From a virus (Duplodnaviria > Caudoviricetes), in the IMG/VR virus record IMGVR_UViG_3300038673_000510, positions 52,959-116,958 of that record: a stretch of 64,000 bases of DNA, one strand, 5' to 3'. A program made the translations under genes and the position numbers. Positions 58,524-64,000 of this stretch are shown here, in pieces (the stretch's first letter is position 1; every line of letters begins with the position of its first letter). The notes beneath the pieces are model-generated. The model did no database searches. It was given only the letters and a program-made list of their open reading frames with translations, and had not been told where the DNA came from.

Positions 58524-59746
58524 AATTTTATTTAGAAAATATATATTTTGAAGGTAAACAACAAGCCCTTCAAATACTTGAGAAGAATGGTTTTTCAGGA
58601 TATGAATATAATCAAATTGAAAAACTCGATCCAACTTCGCCTAAAAATAAATACGTTGAATTATTAGCAAGACTATATATACAAGATGACAATTTTATAA
58701 AAAAAGCTATCAAAGATAAAATAGCAGATAAACTTGCCACAATAGAACAGCGTCATCAAACAATAACTAAAGTAAAAGATTATAATGATCTATTATCTCA
58801 GCTTCAAACTAATTTAGAAATTATTACTAAAGGTGATAAAAAACTTGGCATTAAGGGAATGACAGAAGGAAAAGACTTTATTAAAATTCCACTTAATACT
58901 CAAGAAAATATTCAAGCATATATTCCTCTTAGCTATAAAGCAAGTAAAGTTATAGCTTCTAAACAAGTTGGAAATTGTGTTGGAGAATGGTGTACAGCAA
59001 AACAAAAATCCAGTGAAGACTGGGATAATTATATATATGATATGGGTGGTATACTTGTTTATATTGTAGATGCTTCTGAAACAGCATCGGCGCCAACATT
59101 ATCCGATGAAAATATTAAAGTAGATAAATATGCAATATATTTTTATAGTGGTGAAACAGCAAGTGAATATTCTGATAAATTAGCCAATAAACATGTTGAA
59201 AATGGTGAGTTAGCAGAAGGCTTTGATATGAATGATAAAAGTCTTGATCCAACATTTATACCATTCTTTAAAACATGTCAACAATATGTACAAAAGAACT
59301 GGGAAACAATAAAAAAATCTCATGGTAAACTTGATATTAATATAGTAACAGAAGAAATGTTCTTAATAAATTATATATATAATAATAAAGAATTTAATAA
59401 TTTTGTAAATTTATTATTTAATAGAGATCAAATTAAGTATGGTGAATATAATGACACTATTGAATTAATAAATAAAACCGCATTTATAAGAAAAAAGAAT
59501 ACATTAGATTATGATATTATAGTTGGTTTTAATAGTGAAAAATTATTAAAGGATCATCCAATACAAATGCCATTAAAAGGTGGATATGGTCGACTTGAAA
59601 CATCTTTTATAAATAATGCACATGAATACATCACAAAAATTTTTATTCCAGAAGAATATAGAGAAAATTTTGAAGCATTATTAGCACGAAAAAATATGCC
59701 CGCAAATAAATATTTATTTGTTTACAAATTATCATCAATGCTATAA
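58520..59746 (+). CDS. YLE-leader protein with a PcfJ-like WCT motif
   Basis: DPTSPKNKYV; PLSYKAS...GEWCTA. Confidence 0.55.
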   Translation: MKFYLENIYFEGKQQALQILEKNGFSGYEYNQIEKLDPTSPKNKYVELLARLYIQDDNFIKKAIKDKIADKLATIEQRHQTITKVKDYNDLLSQLQTNLEIITKGDKKLGIKGMTEGKDFIKIPLNTQENIQAYIPLSYKASKVIASKQVGNCVGEWCTAKQKSSEDWDNYIYDMGGILVYIVDASETASAPTLSDENIKVDKYAIYFYSGETASEYSDKLANKHVENGELAEGFDMNDKSLDPTFIPFFKTCQQYVQKNWETIKKSHGKLDINIVTEEMFLINYIYNNKEFNNFVNLLFNRDQIKYGEYNDTIELINKTAFIRKKNTLDYDIIVGFNSEKLLKDHPIQMPLKGGYGRLETSFINNAHEYITKIFIPEEYRENFEALLARKNMPANKYLFVYKLSSML

Positions 59747-59781
59747 TATAATAAATAAATCTTTAATATAGAGAGCAATTA

Positions 59782-60870
59782 ATGAACGACTCAATCATAC
59801 AAATATTACATCACAATAGAGATAGACAGAAGTTAATAAATCAAATAGATGACTACATTAAAAATATGATGAATACTACAATAGCTATTTCTTTATATCA
59901 TTTTAATGTGTTCTATGATTTTATTACACCATTTAATGAAGCACAAGTAGTAGTAAGCAATTATAAACAATATATCGATGAAGATATTGCTATCAATGAT
60001 ACTTCTTGTATTTACTCCATGGAACAATCATCAGCAGTAATACAAGATATGCATAATAACTTAAATACAACATCATGTGTGCATAATAGTTTTTTAAAAG
60101 AATGGTTAAATAAACGTGGTGTAGAAGATGATCAAATTTTAAAATACGGTTTGATGGATCTATCACATATTAATAAATATAATATGTTTGAACAAAACGC
60201 AACTGGTGGAACAATCCATCCTGCTTTAAGACATTGGATAAAAGATGATGCTTCTCCAACAGGTGTTCCATCCGGTATTATGACGCCAGTAGTAGATTTA
60301 TGGGGAAACATAGTTGGATGTCACAATCGATTTCTTTCTACTGTTCCTAAAATAAAATTTGCTTCATCTATTCCCAATTTTCATTTATTCACAAACTTAA
60401 GAATTAATAGTAAACCAATAAAAATATTTATTGTTGAAGGTGTATTTGACGCACTGGCAATAGATAAAATGAATCCTAATTATCATTGGATAGCGCCAAG
60501 CACGGGATTTTGGACAGAAGAACAATTGATTAATTTATTATTTACTATATCACATTTTAATTCTGCTGAAATAATTTGTGCTTTTGATAATGATAGAGTT
60601 GGATTAAAAAGTAATATAATATTAGCTAAAACACTTTTAAAAACAAAATATAATGTTAATATTATGAATTTTAAAAATATAGAAGCAAAAGATCCGGCGG
60701 AAGCAATTAATAAATATAAAATGACTGAAGATTGCTTAGCTAAAATAGATATTAAAGTTGCTTTAGAAAAATTTATAAATATGCCGTATGAACCTTTTAA
60801 AAAATTTGAAGATTATCTCGATAATCGTCATGCTTCATATAGTATTGATAATTATCATTGGAGTGAATAA
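59782..60870 (+). CDS. DnaG-type TOPRIM primase lacking an obvious Zn-binding domain
   Basis: WLNKRG, PVVDLWGNIVG..NR, IVEGVFDAL, AFDNDRVG, KDPAE. Confidence 0.8.
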   Translation: MNDSIIQILHHNRDRQKLINQIDDYIKNMMNTTIAISLYHFNVFYDFITPFNEAQVVVSNYKQYIDEDIAINDTSCIYSMEQSSAVIQDMHNNLNTTSCVHNSFLKEWLNKRGVEDDQILKYGLMDLSHINKYNMFEQNATGGTIHPALRHWIKDDASPTGVPSGIMTPVVDLWGNIVGCHNRFLSTVPKIKFASSIPNFHLFTNLRINSKPIKIFIVEGVFDALAIDKMNPNYHWIAPSTGFWTEEQLINLLFTISHFNSAEIICAFDNDRVGLKSNIILAKTLLKTKYNVNIMNFKNIEAKDPAEAINKYKMTEDCLAKIDIKVALEKFINMPYEPFKKFEDYLDNRHASYSIDNYHWSE

Positions 60871-62288
60871 TGAAACTTAAATTAAATAGTTATTTAGAAA
60901 TGGCAAGAGCAAAAGACCCTGCAAAAGAATTAATAGGATTTATTCTTGAAAAACTTGATGAACAAGGATTCAATAGAACAAATAAAACAGACACGAAAGT
61001 TAACTTTCAAACTGAGAATCCTAAAGAAATAAAAACAATAATAGAATCAACATTACCAGGTTTGGCATGTTCAATTGGACAGCCAATTATGTCTAAGGCA
61101 CTTGGAGGATTATCAAATACATTCCCAACATATGAACTTAAATTAACAAAGAATTTTACTTACGGTGATACAGTATATCCAAAAGGATTAATACTTCTGG
61201 TTGCTAATACATTCCGCGGTGGTATGCTTGGTGATAAATCATTAACTCCTAATGAATTACGTCTTGAAGATGTTAAATGGCTAAAAGCAAATGATATACA
61301 AAAAACTGTATTAAAGAATATTGATCCTAAACTCGGCGAGAATACAAAACATTTTGCCGAAATGTTAATGAATGAAGTAATTACAAAAACATCTCTTAAG
61401 GCTAAAAAAGATGGATTAATTGATGTTGAAGATAACGAACAAACTATAATAAAACTATCTGATACTACATTAGCACTAATTAACACTATGGATAGTAGAG
61501 ACCTTAATATTATTGGAAAGAATTTTGGTGAAGTTCTTGGTGGTATTTATTTCTTTAAAAAATATGGTGCAACAAATGTACAATATCCAAGCCAAAGTAA
61601 TTTTCCATTAATTGACTTTATTGTTGATGATGTAGTTTATGTATCTGCTAAATATGCTTCTGGCGCGGCACCATCAATTAAAATACTCGCTGAAAAAGTA
61701 CAGGAAAATCCAAAAGCATTTGTTAAAGTAGACAGAAGACTTAAAAGTATTCTTAATGCTATGCTAAAAGAAAGTGTATTTTTTTCTTATATAAATGCCG
61801 CAAAAGAAATGGATAGTGTAATTTATCATCAAATGATGAAGTATAATTTAATTACTGATGATGAAAAAGAAAGCAAACAATTAATGAATGATTTTCTTAT
61901 AAAGAAGTTTAATAGTTTTAAACAAGATGAAGAAAAGATGGCAAAATTTCTTCAGAAAGAATTCTGGCAATATGCTAAGAGCGCACCAGATCTTGATAAT
62001 GCAATGGAAAAATTACGTTCTGGAGTTAAAACGGAAGGTATTATATTCTATCCAATGGAAAGTGAATTGGTTGACATAATGAATAAAGATGAAGCAATCT
62101 TATCGGGATTAAAAACAATTACTAAAACTATTGGAGTAAAACAATTATATTTTAATTTTGAAATCAATAAAAAGAAACAGAATCTTACGTTTTTAATTAA
62201 GTTCTTCGGCACAAAAGATTTCAAATTTGCACTCACAAGCAGTGTAAATATGTATTTAAATAGTAATTTATCGTTCAAAATGACATAA
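60870..62288 (+). CDS. YLE-leader protein with a putative PD-(D/E)xK nuclease fold
   Basis: KNFGEVLG...YPSQSNFPLIDFIVDDVVYVSAK. Confidence 0.55.
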   Translation: MKLKLNSYLEMARAKDPAKELIGFILEKLDEQGFNRTNKTDTKVNFQTENPKEIKTIIESTLPGLACSIGQPIMSKALGGLSNTFPTYELKLTKNFTYGDTVYPKGLILLVANTFRGGMLGDKSLTPNELRLEDVKWLKANDIQKTVLKNIDPKLGENTKHFAEMLMNEVITKTSLKAKKDGLIDVEDNEQTIIKLSDTTLALINTMDSRDLNIIGKNFGEVLGGIYFFKKYGATNVQYPSQSNFPLIDFIVDDVVYVSAKYASGAAPSIKILAEKVQENPKAFVKVDRRLKSILNAMLKESVFFSYINAAKEMDSVIYHQMMKYNLITDDEKESKQLMNDFLIKKFNSFKQDEEKMAKFLQKEFWQYAKSAPDLDNAMEKLRSGVKTEGIIFYPMESELVDIMNKDEAILSGLKTITKTIGVKQLYFNFEINKKKQNLTFLIKFFGTKDFKFALTSSVNMYLNSNLSFKMT

Positions 62289-62383
62289 TTATTCAGATAG
62301 TTTATTCGCGTTTTATATATAATAAAATATGAATAAACAATATCTATATTTAGTAAGAACAAAGGACAATAGCAAATTTAAGA

Positions 62384-62635
62384 TTGGTTGTATATCCAAC
62401 CAACCTTAAATCTCGAATATGGAATTACAGAACACATAATATAGACGCAGAACTTGTCGGGTATGTAGAAGTACCCGGCAAGAAATATGAACGTTTTGTG
62501 CATCTTACGTTATTATCTAAATATTTTCCTTGTAGAATAAAAGGTAAAACAGAATGGATGGAAGGTTATATAGATATTAAAACATTCACCAATATTGTCA
62601 ATGAGGAGATTAAAAAAAATGCAACACGCCTATGA
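62384..62635 (+). CDS. hypothetical protein
   Basis: 83-aa ORF; start uncertain. Confidence 0.4.
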   Translation: MVVYPTNLKSRIWNYRTHNIDAELVGYVEVPGKKYERFVHLTLLSKYFPCRIKGKTEWMEGYIDIKTFTNIVNEEIKKNATRL

Positions 62636-62936
62636 TCTAAATGATTGCTTTCCCATATCTACTGCCGCAATGATGGCGAGATTAAAAAAGTTAAATACAT
62701 ATGATGAAACAAAAGATGATAAATTATCTTTTAAAAATATTATTAAAAAAATGAAAATGAAAAAATATTTAAATAATCTTTGGAAACGATTCAAAATAAT
62801 AATTGCAACACCTATTGTTGCAATTTTACTTATTGTATATATAATATTAGCATTGCCATTTTGGATAATAACAGGAAAAAACATATTCGATTATGATCCA
62901 ACAAAAGGATTGTCAAAATGGGTAGAACTGGATTAA
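62595..62936 (+). CDS. small membrane protein (true start probably further downstream)
   Basis: TM segment IIIATPIVAILLIVYIILALPFWIITG. Confidence 0.5.
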   Translation: MSMRRLKKMQHAYDLNDCFPISTAAMMARLKKLNTYDETKDDKLSFKNIIKKMKMKKYLNNLWKRFKIIIATPIVAILLIVYIILALPFWIITGKNIFDYDPTKGLSKWVELD

Positions 62937-63223
62937 TAAGCGATGGTTATCACACATTTGATGAACTATATGAACATAGACATAATTTATTTGCAGCGCT
63001 AATTAAAGTTTATGGTGGATGGAAGTCTTTGTATCATGACGATGGCTCATCATATGATGGATGGTTCATAGCAGGAATTAATCTTCCAACAGGAATGATT
63101 ACATATCATATTCCCATGGCATATTGGGATTCTTTTCCTGGAGAAGAATTAAATATGGCACCTCATTGGGATGGACATACACCTAACGATGTAATCAATA
63201 GATTAAAGGAATTTTGGCAATGA
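62918..63223 (+). CDS. WDGH-motif phage protein
   Basis: ISDGYHTFDELYEHR...WKS..H.DG...ITYH...WDGHT. Confidence 0.8.
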   Translation: MGRTGLISDGYHTFDELYEHRHNLFAALIKVYGGWKSLYHDDGSSYDGWFIAGINLPTGMITYHIPMAYWDSFPGEELNMAPHWDGHTPNDVINRLKEFWQ

Positions 63224-63312
63224 AACACAAAAAGAACAAGAACCAAAAATAAATATTTCAGCCGGCTTTATAGTTAGAAAATATGACACAATAAATATAT
63301 AAAAGGAAAGAA

Positions 63313-63618
63313 ATGGTAAAACAATATAAAAAGAAATCAGTAATAATTGAAGCACTACAATGGACAGGAAACAATCATAGAGAGATGTGGGATTTTCTTG
63401 AAGATAAGCCTGATGAAGCTATTGCGCCTATAGGCAAAAACTTTTACATAGATTTTAATAAAAATCCAAGTGGATTAGTTATTAAAACAGCCGAGGGTGA
63501 ACATATTGCCAATCTTGGTGACTTCATTATCAAAGGTGTTAAAGGCGAATACTATCCATGTAAACCAGATATATTTGAAATGACTTATACTGAATGTACC
63601 GAGGATGAATTAATATGA
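63313..63618 (+). CDS. conserved phage protein (PGDYG-like)
   Basis: YKKKSVIIEALQW...IKTAEG...GDFIIKGVKGEYYPCKPDIFEMTY. Confidence 0.8.
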   Translation: MVKQYKKKSVIIEALQWTGNNHREMWDFLEDKPDEAIAPIGKNFYIDFNKNPSGLVIKTAEGEHIANLGDFIIKGVKGEYYPCKPDIFEMTYTECTEDELI

Positions 63619-63812
63619 AAATAAAAACAATTAAAGATAAAGACCAATTATTCCCAATTCCCAATTGTACTAAATTATATGTAGCAGATACAATTTTTTA
63701 TAATGTCATACCTAATTCTGATCCTGATTTTCCGAATACATATAAAGGTAATGATGAATGGGGCAGAGATACTTTACTTTTTCCAGAAGATTTTATTATA
63801 TTGGAAAATTAA
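63615..63812 (+). CDS. hypothetical protein
   Basis: ATGA overlap and GAGGA RBS. Confidence 0.55.
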   Translation: MKIKTIKDKDQLFPIPNCTKLYVADTIFYNVIPNSDPDFPNTYKGNDEWGRDTLLFPEDFIILEN

Positions 63813-64000
63813 TCATGAAACTAAATATAATTAATTCAATATGGTTAAAGAAGGGGTCAGATGCTTTTTTTGAAGAAATAGCGGTTAAGGCAATTAAGAA
63901 GATGCGATGGACTGATAATAGGGAATTTCCATTGGAATATTCAACTGATTATGATGTAATGTTGCATCCATTTATAGAAATGGCAAGAGAGATTGATAGA

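Noticed and set aside
2109-62884. Many 60-140 aa antisense or alternate-frame ORFs in the track (e.g. 15280-15702, 26787-27137, 49298-49630)
   Set aside because: They lie inside well-supported genes, lack an RBS and have the composition of shadow ORFs.
1-64000. tRNA genes, rRNA, CRISPR arrays
   Set aside because: Intergenic gaps are short and AT-rich, and I saw no cloverleaf or repeat-spacer pattern by eye. A tRNAscan/Infernal run would settle this.
1-64000. Stop-codon reassignment as in some jumbo phages
   Set aside because: Conserved genes are full length under code 11, and both TAG (2904, 18497) and TGA (ATGA overlaps) end genes at sensible positions.

Overview
A 64-kb segment of a low-GC (about 30% by eye), T4-related jumbo myophage. 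An anaerobic host is likely, given the class III RNR NrdD/NrdG. The standard genetic code fits the ORFs. Morphogenesis genes include two gp26-like baseplate hub proteins, a gp55-like late sigma factor, an inverted intein-containing terminase, portal, prohead protease, scaffold, major capsid, gp13/14/15, sheath and tube. DNA and nucleotide metabolism genes include RNase H, gp46/47, NrdG, NrdD with two inteins, a TOPRIM primase and a NUDIX hydrolase. There are several homing endonucleases and two long clusters (18.6-25.7 kb and 51.5-62.3 kb) of accessory genes. Top observations: (1) a CCA-adding enzyme is split in its A-adding flexible loop by an 867-bp, CTTAT-flanked cassette carrying a GIY-YIG endonuclease, a stop, a new RBS/start and short added peptides on both halves, with no intron or intein; (2) a 663-bp segment is present a second time in circularly permuted order between 10-bp TATTTAGAGA direct repeats, which is the footprint expected of a DNA minicircle integrating; (3) about 20 unrelated proteins, many of them enzymes, share an N-terminal Y-L-E leader resembling a capsid-targeting/protease signal, and that leader's DNA is the recombination site in (2); (4) a stand-alone Hint-like domain lacking catalytic residues. 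All family calls come from motif recognition by eye; no database searches were run.
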